Shown here in pieces: positions 41,746 through 51,914 of a stretch of DNA of 64,000 nt. The notes under the pieces were generated by a model. That model ran no database searches. It was not told the origin of the DNA and saw only the letters and a list, made by a program, of their open reading frames with translations. Source of the DNA: Paracoccaceae bacterium (GTDB taxonomy: Bacteria > Pseudomonadota > Alphaproteobacteria > Rhodobacterales > Rhodobacteraceae); the NCBI GenBank assembly GCA_035324325.1, contig DAOLBY010000001.1, positions 4,453-68,452 of the forward strand. The letters are read 5' to 3'. The position numbers were made by a program, and so were the translations under genes. Within the stretch, counting starts at the first letter, position 1. Each line of letters opens with the position of its first letter.

Positions 41746-43203
41746 ATGCGATCGAAGGTCCGGGGGGGCGCCCGCGCCCCCGTTTCGCCCGTGGCGCCGC
41801 CCGGGATGCCCCCGGGGGTGCAGGCCGCGCCGCGGCTGCGGTCCTGGGCCTTCTGCGCCGTGCTGGTGCTGGCCGCCTGCACCCCGGGCATGCCCTACCA
41901 GCGCCCCGAGCAGCGGCTGCCCGACCGCTACGGCCTGCTCGTGCCGGTGGCCGCGCCGGCGGCGGAGGACCGGCACTGGTGGCGCGCCTTCGGCGACCCG
42001 GTGCTCGACGGGCTGGTGACGGCCGCGCTCGAGGGCAATCTCTCGCTGGCCGAGGCGCGGGCGCGGCTGGCCGAGGCCGAGGCCCAGGCGATGCGCGCCG
42101 GGGCGGCGCGCATCGGCGGCGACGGCCGGCTGGAACTGCGCCGCGCCAACCCGGACGGCGAGCAGACCGCCGAGGCCGGGGTCAGTGTCGCGCTCGACCT
42201 CTCGGGCGGGCGGGGCGCGGAATGGCGCGCGGCGCTGGCCCGGCTCGAGGCGGCGCGCGCCGCCGAGGCCGATGCGCGGCGGCTGCTGGTCGCCGACCTG
42301 GCCGCGACCTATGTCGACCTGCGCTTCTTCCAGGCCCGCCAGCAGCAGCGCCAGGAGGACCACCGCTCGCGCCAGCGCACGCTGAACGACATCTCGGCCC
42401 AGGTCGAGGCCGGCGCCGCGACCGAGCTCGACCGCATCCGCGCCCGCGCGCTCTTGGCCGAGACGCGGGCCGAACTGCCGCGGCTCGACGCCGCCGTGCT
42501 GCGCCAGCGCAACCGGATCTCGACGCTGCTCGGCCGGCCGGCGGGCGATCTCGGCCTGTCGCTGGCCTATGGCGGGCGCCAGCCGCTGCCGCGCGGGCTG
42601 CCGCGGCTCGGCGTGCCGGCGGATCTGCTGCGCAACCGGCCCGACATCGCCCGGGCCGAGCGGCTCTATGCCGCCGCGGTCTCCGCCATCGATACCGCCG
42701 AGGCGGCGCGCTACCCCTCGCTCAGCCTCTCGGGGCTGATCCGGGCGCCGCTGGCGGGCGGCGGCACCGGCAACACCCTGGCCGCGGCGGTCACGCTGCC
42801 GCTGCTGTCGCAGCCGGCGCTGGCGGCCGGTGCGCAGGCGGCGCGGGCGCGCGCGGCGGCGGCGCTGGCGCAGTGGCGCCGGGCGGTGATCACCGCCGTC
42901 GAGGAGGTCGAGAACGCGCTGGCGGCGCTGCAGGGCGCGCATCGGGCGGCGCAGGCGGCGGGGCAGGCGGTGGCGCTGAACGCCGAGGCGCTGACGCTGA
43001 CGCGGCGGGTGATCGAGGAGCGCGGCAACGTCACCACGCTCGACCTGCTCGACCGCGAGCGTGCGGTCTCCGAGGCGCGCGGCCTGCTGGCCCAGACCCG
43101 GCGCGAGGTCGGGCTCGAATATGTCGCGCTGCGCACCGCGCTCGGCCTCGGCTTCGCCTGGGAGACGCTGGAGGGCGGCACGCCGGCGGCGACGGCGCCC
43201 TAG
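41746..43203 (+). CDS. Outer membrane factor lipoprotein (NodT/TolC family)
   Basis: ATG 41746 (MRSKVRGG...). Lipobox VLVLAAC. Two OEP-type repeats (WWRAFGDPVLDGLV, LLRNRPDIARAE). Confidence 0.85.
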   Translation: MRSKVRGGARAPVSPVAPPGMPPGVQAAPRLRSWAFCAVLVLAACTPGMPYQRPEQRLPDRYGLLVPVAAPAAEDRHWWRAFGDPVLDGLVTAALEGNLSLAEARARLAEAEAQAMRAGAARIGGDGRLELRRANPDGEQTAEAGVSVALDLSGGRGAEWRAALARLEAARAAEADARRLLVADLAATYVDLRFFQARQQQRQEDHRSRQRTLNDISAQVEAGAATELDRIRARALLAETRAELPRLDAAVLRQRNRISTLLGRPAGDLGLSLAYGGRQPLPRGLPRLGVPADLLRNRPDIARAERLYAAAVSAIDTAEAARYPSLSLSGLIRAPLAGGGTGNTLAAAVTLPLLSQPALAAGAQAARARAAAALAQWRRAVITAVEEVENALAALQGAHRAAQAAGQAVALNAEALTLTRRVIEERGNVTTLDLLDRERAVSEARGLLAQTRREVGLEYVALRTALGLGFAWETLEGGTPAATAP

Positions 43204-43808
43204 CCGCGCAGGCGGTGCATCAGGAGCGGGGCCGCGGCGAGGCCGCCGAGGGCGCCGCCGAGATGGGTCTGCCAGGCGATGCCGCCGGCCAGCGTCCAGT
43301 CCATGGCGAGATTGAGCGCCGCCCCCCCCGCCGCCGCCGCGGCCAGGAGCGCCGCCGCCGCCCCCCGCCGCCCGGCCCGCCAGCGCGCCCCCGCCGCCGC
43401 CAGGGCCGCCAGCACGGCCAGCCCGAAGAGCACCCCCGAGGCGCCCACCATCGGCCGGTCGACCGGGCCGAGCGCGGCAAAGCCGAGGCCCCCGGCGGCC
43501 AGCAGCCACAGATGCAGCGCGGCGAACCGCGCCGCCCCGAGGCCCCGCGCCAGCGGCCCGCCGAGCGCCAGGAAGGCCATCATGTTGGCCAGCAGGTGCA
43601 GCAGTCCCGCATGCAGGAAGCCATGGGTGAGGAACATCGTCCAGGGCTGGGCCGGCCAGTTGGGCCGCCAGTCGCGCAGCAGCCCGGTCCAGAAGCCGCC
43701 GTTCTGGTAGGCCAGCGGGCGCCAGCGCGCCGAGCCCCAGAGCCCGAGGTCGGCGCCCTGCAGCGCCAGTTCGGGCAGGATGCAGGCCAGCGCCAGCGCC
43801 AGCAGCAC
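43200..43808 (-). CDS. Rhomboid-family intramembrane serine protease
   Basis: 202-aa ORF. Motifs HGFLHAGLLHLLANM, catalytic GASGVLFGL and distal HLGGAL. Its stop overlaps the OMF stop (shared CTAG at 43200-43203). Confidence 0.8.
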   Translation of the reverse strand: MLLALALACILPELALQGADLGLWGSARWRPLAYQNGGFWTGLLRDWRPNWPAQPWTMFLTHGFLHAGLLHLLANMMAFLALGGPLARGLGAARFAALHLWLLAAGGLGFAALGPVDRPMVGASGVLFGLAVLAALAAAGARWRAGRRGAAAALLAAAAAGGAALNLAMDWTLAGGIAWQTHLGGALGGLAAAPLLMHRLRG

Positions 43809-43909
43809 CGCCGGCGGACGGCCGGGCAGGGCAGGGGCGGGCAGGGCTGGGGCGGGCGGGGCAGGGGGGGCGCGCGCGCCGTTCCCGGCCTCGCCTCCGG
43901 GCGGGGCGC

Positions 43910-45340
43910 TCAGGGCCGGAACTCGAACTGTCGGCCGATGGTCAGGAAGACCGAGGGCGCCCTGGCGCGCGGCTGGCCGGTCTCACGCAGGGTCTGGTAG
44001 CGGGCGCCCGCGGTCAGGCCCCAGTCCTCGGTCAGCGACCGGCGCCAGGTGGCGGTGAGGCCGCTGCGCTCGATGCGCGGGTCGGTGGCGGTGGCCTCGG
44101 TCACGGCAAGGCTGAGGCCGAGGCCGAAGCCCGAGACGGCGTTGATCTCGCGGCTGTAGTCGAGCGCCAGGACGGTGGCGACGCGGGTCTCGTCGGTGCT
44201 GGTGACGCCGACCGAACGGTCGAGCCGCAGCGCGATGCTGCCGTCGGGCAGGTCCTGGCGCCAGTCGAGCCCGCCCACCAGCGCGGCCTCGGCGCCCTCG
44301 GGCCAGGTCACCCCCAGCCGGGCCGAGAGGGCGCCGCGCGCCAGCTCGAGGCTGCGGCCGAAGGTCAGCGTGCGCCGCGCCGCGCCCTCGGTGTCGAGCG
44401 TGGCGTCGAGATCGACGCTGGCGGTGCCGTTGGCGAGGTCGGCCACCAGCCCCGCCCGCCCGGTGAGGCCGCGCGTCACGACGGTCAGCCCGGCCTCGGT
44501 GGTGCGGATCTCGCTCTGCCCGAGCGCCAGGTCGAGCCGCAGCGCCGGCGAGATCTCCTGCGCCAGCCCGGCCTCGACCAGGCTGGTGCGCCGCCGTGTC
44601 GCCACCGCGTCCTCGGCCGCGTAGCCGTCGCGGCGCAGCGTCAGCCGGCCGGTCGTCAGCGGGCCGAAGGCCAGCCGCGCGGTGGCGCCGAGCGTGTCGC
44701 GGCGCAGGTCGAAGAGGCCAGGGTCGCTGGTGCCGGAATAGCCGGTGCCGCTTCGCCCGGCGTTCAGCACCAGCCCGAACGGCAGGTCGCGGCCCAGTTC
44801 GAGCCGCGCCGAAAGCGCGTGGTCGCTGCGCTGGCCGGTGCCGGTCAGCAGTTCGAGATCCTCGCCGGTGCCGCGCAGGAAGGCGACATCGCGCTGCGTG
44901 TAGCTGCCGGCGAGGTTGAGCGCCGCGCGCGCCCCCTCGCGGTTGTAGGAAAAGCGCAGTTCGGGCTCGACGAGGCCGGTGCTGCCGGCATCGCCCGGCG
45001 CGCGCCCCAGCCGCAGCGCGGCGCCGCCGTCGATCTGCAGGCGCTGGTCGCGGGTGCCGCTGTCGAGGCCGAAGCTCAGCCGCGTGACGGCCAGCACGGT
45101 GGTGCCCTCGGGCGGCGTCTCGAGCGCCAGGTTGCGGCCGTATTCGAACCCCTGCTCGACGCCGAAGGTCAGCCGCAGCCCCCCCGGCCAGTCCTGCGCC
45201 CGCACCGCCTGGCCGCCGGCCAGGCCGCCGAGGACGAGGCCGAGCACCGCCGCCGCCGCCGTCGCGCGCCGCCGGTTCGGGGCCGCGAACGCGGCGGCGG
45301 TCGCGGCCCGGGTCATGTCGCGGGTCGCGGCGCGGTTCAT
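43910..45340 (-). CDS. Putative outer-membrane beta-barrel protein of the EPS locus
   Basis: ATG 45340; the GTG at 45352 is also possible. Signal-like ATAAAAVLGLVLGGLAGGQAVRA. Alternating amphipathic strands throughout and a terminal ...FLTIGRQFEFRP. The family call rests on context only (EpsL-like position). Confidence 0.6.
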   Translation of the reverse strand: MNRAATRDMTRAATAAAFAAPNRRRATAAAAVLGLVLGGLAGGQAVRAQDWPGGLRLTFGVEQGFEYGRNLALETPPEGTTVLAVTRLSFGLDSGTRDQRLQIDGGAALRLGRAPGDAGSTGLVEPELRFSYNREGARAALNLAGSYTQRDVAFLRGTGEDLELLTGTGQRSDHALSARLELGRDLPFGLVLNAGRSGTGYSGTSDPGLFDLRRDTLGATARLAFGPLTTGRLTLRRDGYAAEDAVATRRRTSLVEAGLAQEISPALRLDLALGQSEIRTTEAGLTVVTRGLTGRAGLVADLANGTASVDLDATLDTEGAARRTLTFGRSLELARGALSARLGVTWPEGAEAALVGGLDWRQDLPDGSIALRLDRSVGVTSTDETRVATVLALDYSREINAVSGFGLGLSLAVTEATATDPRIERSGLTATWRRSLTEDWGLTAGARYQTLRETGQPRARAPSVFLTIGRQFEFRP

Positions 45341-45365
45341 GAGGGCCCCCACCCGCGGCCCCGGC

Positions 45366-46007
45366 CTATTCGAAGAGCCGGCGCTGCGGGATCACGATCA
45401 CGTCCCCGGGGGAGAGCTGCGTCGCCCCGCCGCCGGCGCTGCCGCGCGTCATGGCGTCGTAGTCGAAGGTATAGACCTGCTCGACCCCCGAGCGGTCCAC
45501 CCGGCGCAGCTGCACCCGCTTGGTCGCGGCGAAACGCGAGAAGCCGCCGGCCTGGGCCATCAGCTGCAGCAGCGTGGTGCCGGGGCGCACCTCGAAGCGG
45601 CCGGGATTGGCGGCCTCGCCCATGACATAGACATTGATCACCCGCGGGCTGGCGGGCTGCCGCTCGCCGAGCTGGCTCAGCGACACGAAGACCGTCGGCG
45701 CGGCGGCGAAGCTGGGCGCCAGGCGGGCCGCCAGATCGGTCTGGATCTGCTCGAGCGTGCGGCCGGCGACGCGCACCGGGCCGGCCAGCGGCACGGTGAT
45801 GCGGCCGTCGGGCAGCACCAGGACATCGCGGTTGACGCTGGCATCCTCGAGCACCTCGACGCGCACGACATCGCCCGCGCGCACCCGGTAGCCGCCATCC
45901 TGGGCCAGGACCGCCGGGGCGGGCAGGGCCAGCGCCGCCGCCAGCAGGCCTTTCGCCAGCAGGCCCTTCGCGCGGAACCCTTTCGGCAGGGCTTTCAGAA
46001 TCTTCAT
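45366..46007 (-). CDS. Polysaccharide export protein (Wza/EpsA-like: Poly_export plus SLBB)
   Basis: ATG 46007..46005 (SD GAGGAAAGAGAG). Signal peptide. Motifs YRVRAGDVVRVEV, LPDGRITVPLAGPVRVAGRTLEQIQ, VYVMGEAANPGRF, LSPGDVIVIP. Confidence 0.85.
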   Translation of the reverse strand: MKILKALPKGFRAKGLLAKGLLAAALALPAPAVLAQDGGYRVRAGDVVRVEVLEDASVNRDVLVLPDGRITVPLAGPVRVAGRTLEQIQTDLAARLAPSFAAAPTVFVSLSQLGERQPASPRVINVYVMGEAANPGRFEVRPGTTLLQLMAQAGGFSRFAATKRVQLRRVDRSGVEQVYTFDYDAMTRGSAGGGATQLSPGDVIVIPQRRLFE

Positions 46008-46258
46008 CGCCGTCTCTCTTTCCTCTGCAGTGCCCGCCGTCCGCCCGGTCGCCCCGCGTCTGGTCGCGTCGCGCCCGGCCGCCCGGGCCGGGGTCGCGCC
46101 CCCGTTCCTGCCCCCGGTTCCAGTCGGCAGCCAGTCTAGGGCGATGCGGCCGGGACCGAAAGAAAAACCCGCCGCCGCCCCCGTGCCGCCGCGGTGATCG
46201 TGCCGGCGCGGCCACAAGCGCCGTGGCGCGGCGGCCGGCAGGGCGGGGGGGAGGGCGG

Positions 46259-48685
46259 TCACTCGCCGCCCAGGCGCTCCAGCACGGCGCGGGCCTCGGC
46301 GAACTGGGGCAGCGGGCTGTCGCCTGCGATCTCGACCGCGCGCTCCAGCGTGGCGCGGGCCTCGGCCTCGCGTTCCAGCGCCAGGTAGGTCATGCCGAGG
46401 TGGAACTGCACCAGCGCATTGTCGGGCAGGCCCCGCGCGGCCGGCTCGAGATGGGCCAGCGCCTCGCGCAGGTCGCCGCGGCGATAGGCGATCCAGCCGT
46501 AGGTGTCCTGGAAGGCGGGCACCTCCAGGCCGCGCAGCCGCCGGGCGATGGCATGGGCGCGCTCGAGGCTCCCGGCATCGGCGCGATGCGTGCTGATCAG
46601 GCTGGCCAGGTTGTTGGCGACGACCGGATTGGCGCTGTCGGTGGCATAGAGCGCCTCGTAGACCGCGATCGCCGCCTCGACATCGCCCAGCCGTTCCAGC
46701 CGGCCGGCCTGCATCAGCCGCGGCATCACCGCCGCCGGCGCCGCCGCCGCCACGCTGTCGAGCAGCGCCCCCGCCTCGGCGTCGCGGCCCTGCGTCACCA
46801 GCAGCCCGTAGAGCGCCCGGAGCGGCGGCTCGGCGGCGGGGGTCTCGTCGAGGATGGCGCGGTAGATCGCCTCGGCCTCGGCGCCCTCGCCCTCGATCAG
46901 GTGCAGCCCGGCGCGCAGGAAGCGCAGCACCGCATCCCCGGGCGCCGCCGCCAGCTGCGTCTCGACAAGGCTGCGGGCCTCCGCGATGCGGCCGTCGCGG
47001 ACCTGGATCTGCACCATCCGCGCCACCGCCGCGGTGCCGGCATCGCCGCGTTCGACGAGGCCCTGGAGGAAGCCGAGCGTGTCCTCGACCCGCTCCTGGC
47101 GGATCAGCCGCTCGGCCTCGATGGCATCGGCGGCGGCGCGGGCCGGGGCGCTGTCGAGCGCGCGCAGCTGCCAGACCAGCCGCGTCACCCGGTCCCAGTC
47201 GCGCTTCTGCAGCTGCACCTCGGCCATCGTCGCCAGCAGCTCGACATTGCCGCCGGCCAGCCGCAGCGCATCGGCCAGCACCGCCTCGGCCGCATCGCGC
47301 CGGCCCTCGGCCAGCAGGAAGCGCGCATAGCGCAGCGATTCCCGCGGCGCCCGGCCCGAGACCTCGACCGCCAGCGCATAGCGCTCGCCGGCGAGCTCGC
47401 GGCTGCCCTCGCGCTCGTGCGCCTGGCCGAGCAGCGTCATGATGTCGGCGTCGCGCGGCGCCTGGGCCAGCGCGGCGCGCAGCGTCACCACCGCGTCCGA
47501 GGGCCGGTCCTCCCCGATCTGGCGCTGGGCGCGCAGCTTCAGCGCCTCGACATGGCCGGCGTCCTCGGCCAGCACCGTCTCGACCAGCGCCCGTGCCCCC
47601 ACCGGATTGCCGGTGGTCTCGAGCATGCGCGCCAGCGCCACCTGCATGTCGCGCGTCTGTTCCGAGGGGACGGCGTCGCGCAGCATCTCCTCCATCTCGG
47701 CGATCGCCGCCGCCTGCCGGCCGTCGTCGAAGACCAGCGCCGCGCGCATGGTGCGGTAGAGCCGCCGGTCCGCCTCGGCCACCGGCGCGGCGATCAGCCG
47801 GTCGAGCTCGGCCTCGGCGGCCCCGGTGCCGCGCATCTGGCGCAGGAAGGCCACCACCGCCAGCTGCGCCCCGCTGTCCCCCTCCTCGGCCGCCAGCCGG
47901 CGCAGGAAGGTCTCGGCGCCGTCGAGGTCGCCCTGGTCGAGGAACCAGGCGATCAGCATCTGGCGCGCCTGGAGATCCGCGGGGAAGCGCGCGGCCATGG
48001 CCTGCAGCGCCGGCCCGAGGGCGGCGGTCTCGCCCAGACCGGCGAGGATGCGCAGCCGCATCAGGTGGAACTCCTGCCGGTCGGGCAGGGCGGCCAGCGC
48101 CGCCTCGGCCTCGGGCAGGGCGCCGCGCAGGTCGCCCGCCGCCACCATGCTGTCGAGCACCAGCCGCCAGGCCAGCGCCGCGGCGGGGTCGCGGGCGAGA
48201 TGGTCGCGCGCCGCCGCCGCCGCCGCCGCCACGCCCGCCGCGTCCCGCGCCAGCGCCGCGGTGCGGTAGTCGAGCGCGGCATTGACGAGCCGCACCGCCG
48301 GATCCCCGGGGGCGAGGTCGCGCGCGGCGCGGCCGTGGCGCTCGGCCACCTCCCAGCTGCCGGCCTCGACCGCCATCTCGGCCACGGCGAGCTGCGCCTC
48401 GGTCATCGCGGGGTCGAACTCGGCCAGCGAGAGATACTGGGCATAGGCATCGCCGACGGCGCCGCGCTGGCGCTGGATGCGGGCATAGCTCAGCCGCGCC
48501 TCGTGGTGCAGCGGGTCGAGCTTCAGCACGTTGCGCAGTTCGACCAGGGCGCGGTCGGCATCGCCGGTCTCGAGCAGCGCCAGCGCCGAGCGGTAATGGC
48601 GCTCGGCGCGTTCCGCGCCGCTTTCGCAGCCGGCGAGCAGGAGGGTGGCGGCCAGCAGGGCGGGCAGGAACAGGACCGGGCGCAT
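46259..48685 (-). CDS. prsT: TPR-repeat lipoprotein (PEP-CTERM system PrsT-like)
   Basis: ATG 48685..48683. Lipobox LLLAGC. About 800 aa of TPR-like repeats. The symbol is assigned by architecture and context, without alignment. Confidence 0.75.
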   Translation of the reverse strand: MRPVLFLPALLAATLLLAGCESGAERAERHYRSALALLETGDADRALVELRNVLKLDPLHHEARLSYARIQRQRGAVGDAYAQYLSLAEFDPAMTEAQLAVAEMAVEAGSWEVAERHGRAARDLAPGDPAVRLVNAALDYRTAALARDAAGVAAAAAAARDHLARDPAAALAWRLVLDSMVAAGDLRGALPEAEAALAALPDRQEFHLMRLRILAGLGETAALGPALQAMAARFPADLQARQMLIAWFLDQGDLDGAETFLRRLAAEEGDSGAQLAVVAFLRQMRGTGAAEAELDRLIAAPVAEADRRLYRTMRAALVFDDGRQAAAIAEMEEMLRDAVPSEQTRDMQVALARMLETTGNPVGARALVETVLAEDAGHVEALKLRAQRQIGEDRPSDAVVTLRAALAQAPRDADIMTLLGQAHEREGSRELAGERYALAVEVSGRAPRESLRYARFLLAEGRRDAAEAVLADALRLAGGNVELLATMAEVQLQKRDWDRVTRLVWQLRALDSAPARAAADAIEAERLIRQERVEDTLGFLQGLVERGDAGTAAVARMVQIQVRDGRIAEARSLVETQLAAAPGDAVLRFLRAGLHLIEGEGAEAEAIYRAILDETPAAEPPLRALYGLLVTQGRDAEAGALLDSVAAAAPAAVMPRLMQAGRLERLGDVEAAIAVYEALYATDSANPVVANNLASLISTHRADAGSLERAHAIARRLRGLEVPAFQDTYGWIAYRRGDLREALAHLEPAARGLPDNALVQFHLGMTYLALEREAEARATLERAVEIAGDSPLPQFAEARAVLERLGGE

Positions 48686-48986
48686 CGTGACTTCCGTGGC
48701 AGGAGGAGGGGGCGGCGGCGGTGCCGCGGATCTGGCACCCGATCTAGCCGATTTTGCGGCGCCCTGCCATCGCAGCGGCATTCCGCCCGGCCGCCGCGGG
48801 CGTCAAAGCGCCCCGTGCCGCTTGTGCCGGGGCCGGGCCGACGCCACATTGACACCTGAATTCCGCCCCGACCCGGCGCGAATGGCCGGCTAGACCCTGC
48901 CCGACCCCGGCGGGACATCCGGAGCCGGACACCGGGCGGGGCCGGCGCAGCAAGGGCCCGGACAGGGCCCGGGACGGGGAAGGACG

Positions 48987-50264
48987 ATGACCGATCTCAG
49001 CCGCGGCATCCCGATGACGCCCGCCGCGCCGCCGGGGAGCGGCCTGGCGGGCGAGCCTGCGAGATTCTTCCGCTCGGTCCATTCGGGACGTGCCGCAGGG
49101 GACGAATCGGTCTATGTGCAGCCGGATGCGGCGCGCCCGGCCCCTTCCGATCCCGTGCCTTCCCCTGCCTCCGGCACCGGATCGCCGCCCCGCGGCCCGG
49201 CGCCGTCCCGCGATGCGCCCGAGCGAGTGATGGTTGCCGCCCTGGATCTCTACAACGAGCATTTCGGCCTGCGCGAGCGGCCCTTCTCGCTGGTTCCCGA
49301 TCCCGACTTCCTGTTCTGGTCGCCGGCGCACCGCCATGCCTACACGATGCTCGAATACGGCATCCTGACGCGGGCGCCGATCACGCTGATCACCGGCGAG
49401 GTGGGGGCGGGCAAGACCACGCTCGTGCATCACCTGCTGCGCAGCCTCGATGACGGGGTCCGGGTGGGGCTGATCTCGAACGCGCATGGCTCGCGGGGCG
49501 AACTCCTGCGCTGGGTGCTGATGGCGCTCGGCCAGCCGGCGCCGCAGGGCGCGACCTATGTCGATCTCTTCGCCGCCTTCCAGACCTACCTGATCGCGGA
49601 ATACGCCGCCGGCAACCGGGTGATCCTGATCTTCGACGAGGCGCAGAACCTCAGCCGCGAGAGCCTCGAGGAACTGCGCATGTTCACCAACATCAACGCC
49701 AACAAGGACGAGCTGCTGCAGCTGATCCTCGTCGGCCAGCCCGAGCTCGGCGAGATCGTGCGCCGGCCCGACATGCGCCAGTTCGCGCAGCGCGTGGCGG
49801 CGAACTTCCACCTGCAGGCGATGGATGCCGTGACGATGCGGGCCTATATCGGCCACCGGCTGCGCATCGCCGGGGCCGAGCGCAACGTCTTCAGCCAGGC
49901 CGCGAGCCTCCTGATCCACGAGGTCACCGGCGGGGTGCCGCGGCTGGTCAACCAGCTGTGCGACCTGGCGCTGGTCTATGCCTTCACCCAGGACCGCAAG
50001 ACGGTGATGCGCGGCACCGTGCAGCAGGTGATCGACGACGGCGCCTTCTTCGCCGCCGGGCGCAGCCTCGAGCCCGCGCCGCCGGCCCCTGCCGTGGTGA
50101 CCCCCGCCGCGCCGACCCCTGCCGTGGCGGCCCCCCCCCCTGCCGCGCCGCCGCCCTGGCGCGGCACGCCCCTCGACCCCGCCACCCCCCGCACCGTTCC
50201 GCCCCGCACCATCCCGCCCGGCACCGTCCCGCCCGGCGCCGTCCGGCCGGAGGAGCCGCGATGA
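48987..50264 (+). CDS. ExeA-like AAA ATPase (PEP-CTERM/exosortase-system-associated type)
   Basis: ATG 48987 (SD GAAGGA). Motifs YNEHFGLRERPFSLVPDPDFLF, Walker A GEVGAGKTT, Walker B ILIFDEAQNL. Pro-rich C-terminal tail. Confidence 0.8.
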   Translation: MTDLSRGIPMTPAAPPGSGLAGEPARFFRSVHSGRAAGDESVYVQPDAARPAPSDPVPSPASGTGSPPRGPAPSRDAPERVMVAALDLYNEHFGLRERPFSLVPDPDFLFWSPAHRHAYTMLEYGILTRAPITLITGEVGAGKTTLVHHLLRSLDDGVRVGLISNAHGSRGELLRWVLMALGQPAPQGATYVDLFAAFQTYLIAEYAAGNRVILIFDEAQNLSRESLEELRMFTNINANKDELLQLILVGQPELGEIVRRPDMRQFAQRVAANFHLQAMDAVTMRAYIGHRLRIAGAERNVFSQAASLLIHEVTGGVPRLVNQLCDLALVYAFTQDRKTVMRGTVQQVIDDGAFFAAGRSLEPAPPAPAVVTPAAPTPAVAAPPPAAPPPWRGTPLDPATPRTVPPRTIPPGTVPPGAVRPEEPR

Positions 50265-51850
50265 CCGCCGCGCCCGCCGCCGGTCCGGCGCTGCCCGACC
50301 TGCGCTTCTACGCCGCGCGCTTCCTGCGCCGGCTGCACTATTTCCTGCTGGTGGTGATCGCGGTCGCGGGCAGCGCGGTGGTGCTGGCCTACACGCTGCC
50401 GCCGGTCTACCGCGCGCAGGCGCGGCTGCTGGTCGAGGCGCCGCAGATCCCCGGCGACCTGGCCGCCTCGACGGTGCGCGGCACCGCCGGCGAGGTGCTG
50501 GCGGTGATCCAGCAGCGGCTGATGACGCGCGCCAACCTGCTCGAGATATCGCGCCGCTACGGCATCCATGCCGAGGGTCCGGTGCTGTCGCCCGACCGGA
50601 TCGTCGCCGACATGCAGCAGCGCATCACGCTGCTCCTGCCCTCGTCGCGCGAGAGCACGGGGGTGGTGCTGGTCTCCTTCGACGCGCCCACGGGCGCGCT
50701 TTCGGCGCAGGTGGCCAACGAACTCGTGACCCAGATCCTGCAGCAGAACATCGAGCTGCGCACCGCCGTGGCGGGCCAGACGCTCGACTTCTTCGAGCAG
50801 GAGGTGCAGCGGCTGAACGAGGAGATGGCCGACCAGGGCGCCCGGATCCTGGCCTTCAAGCTCGAGAACCAGGACGCGCTGCCCGAGAGCCTCGCCTTCC
50901 GCCAGGCCCGCCAGGCGGCCCAGCAGGAACGCGCGCTGCAGATCGAGCGCGAGCTTTCGGCGCTGCGCGAGCGCCGCTCGCGGCTGCTGGCGATCTACGA
51001 GCGCACCGGGCGCATCGACGCCGCCGCCGCGGCGCTGAGCCCGCAGCAGCGCCAGCTGCAGGAGCTCAAGGACCAGCTGGCCTCGGCCATGGTGATCTAT
51101 TCGCCGCAGAACCCGCGGGTGCGCACGCTGCAGGCGCAGGTCGCGGCCCTCGAGGAGGCGCTGGCGGCCGAGGGCGGCGAGGGCGAGGTCGGCGGGGCGA
51201 TGACCGCCTTCGACCTGCAGGTCGCCGACATCGACACCCAGATCGCCTTTCTCGCCGACCAGAAGGAGATCATCGAGGCCGAGCTGCAGGTGCTGGCCGC
51301 CTCGATCGAGGCGACGCCGGGCAACTCGATCGCCCTCGGCACGCTCGAGCGCGACTACGAGAACACCCGCACCCAGTACAACACCGCCGTGGCGCGGATG
51401 GCCGAGGCCAGCGTCGGCGACCGCATCGAGGCCACCGCCAAGGGCCAGCGCATCACCGTGATCGAGCAGGCGGTGGTGCCCGAAGCCCCCGCCGCGCCCA
51501 AGCGCCGGCGCCTCGCCGCGATGGGGGTGCTGGCCGGCATCGGGCTGGGGCTGGGGCTGGTGCTCGCGCTCGAGATGATGAACCGCGCGGTGCGCCGGCC
51601 GGTCGAACTGACCGCAAGGCTCGGCATCACGCCCTTCGGCACCGTGCCCTTCATCCGCACCCGGCGCGAGATCCTGTGGCGGCGGGTGCGGATCGGCGGG
51701 GCGCTGGCGCTGGTCGGCATCGCGCTGCCGGCGGGGCTCTACCTGCTGCATCTCCACTACCTGCCGATGGATCTGCTGCTGGCCCAGGTGATGGAGAAGG
51801 CGGGTCTCGCGGGGTTCTGGGGGCAGTTGCGCCAGGGCATGGGCGGTTGA
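50261..51850 (+). CDS. Polysaccharide chain-length determinant (Wzz/GumC-like, PCP family)
   Basis: ATG 50261 forms an ATGA overlap with the ATPase stop. N-terminal TM helix, long coiled-coil periplasmic region, C-terminal TM helices. Confidence 0.85.
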   Translation: MTAAPAAGPALPDLRFYAARFLRRLHYFLLVVIAVAGSAVVLAYTLPPVYRAQARLLVEAPQIPGDLAASTVRGTAGEVLAVIQQRLMTRANLLEISRRYGIHAEGPVLSPDRIVADMQQRITLLLPSSRESTGVVLVSFDAPTGALSAQVANELVTQILQQNIELRTAVAGQTLDFFEQEVQRLNEEMADQGARILAFKLENQDALPESLAFRQARQAAQQERALQIERELSALRERRSRLLAIYERTGRIDAAAAALSPQQRQLQELKDQLASAMVIYSPQNPRVRTLQAQVAALEEALAAEGGEGEVGGAMTAFDLQVADIDTQIAFLADQKEIIEAELQVLAASIEATPGNSIALGTLERDYENTRTQYNTAVARMAEASVGDRIEATAKGQRITVIEQAVVPEAPAAPKRRRLAAMGVLAGIGLGLGLVLALEMMNRAVRRPVELTARLGITPFGTVPFIRTRREILWRRVRIGGALALVGIALPAGLYLLHLHYLPMDLLLAQVMEKAGLAGFWGQLRQGMGG

Positions 51851-51914
51851 GGATCGGGGCCGGGAAGGGCGGCGGCGCAGGCCCTTGCGGGCCGGGGCGC
51901 CGGAAGCGAGAGCA

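Noticed and set aside
43200-43808. Calling the rhomboid a rhombosortase.
   Set aside because: - No GlyGly-CTERM cargo is visible in the window.
- The sorting signals present are VPLPA-type, which belong with the exosortase.
- Rhomboid family is as far as the sequence allows.
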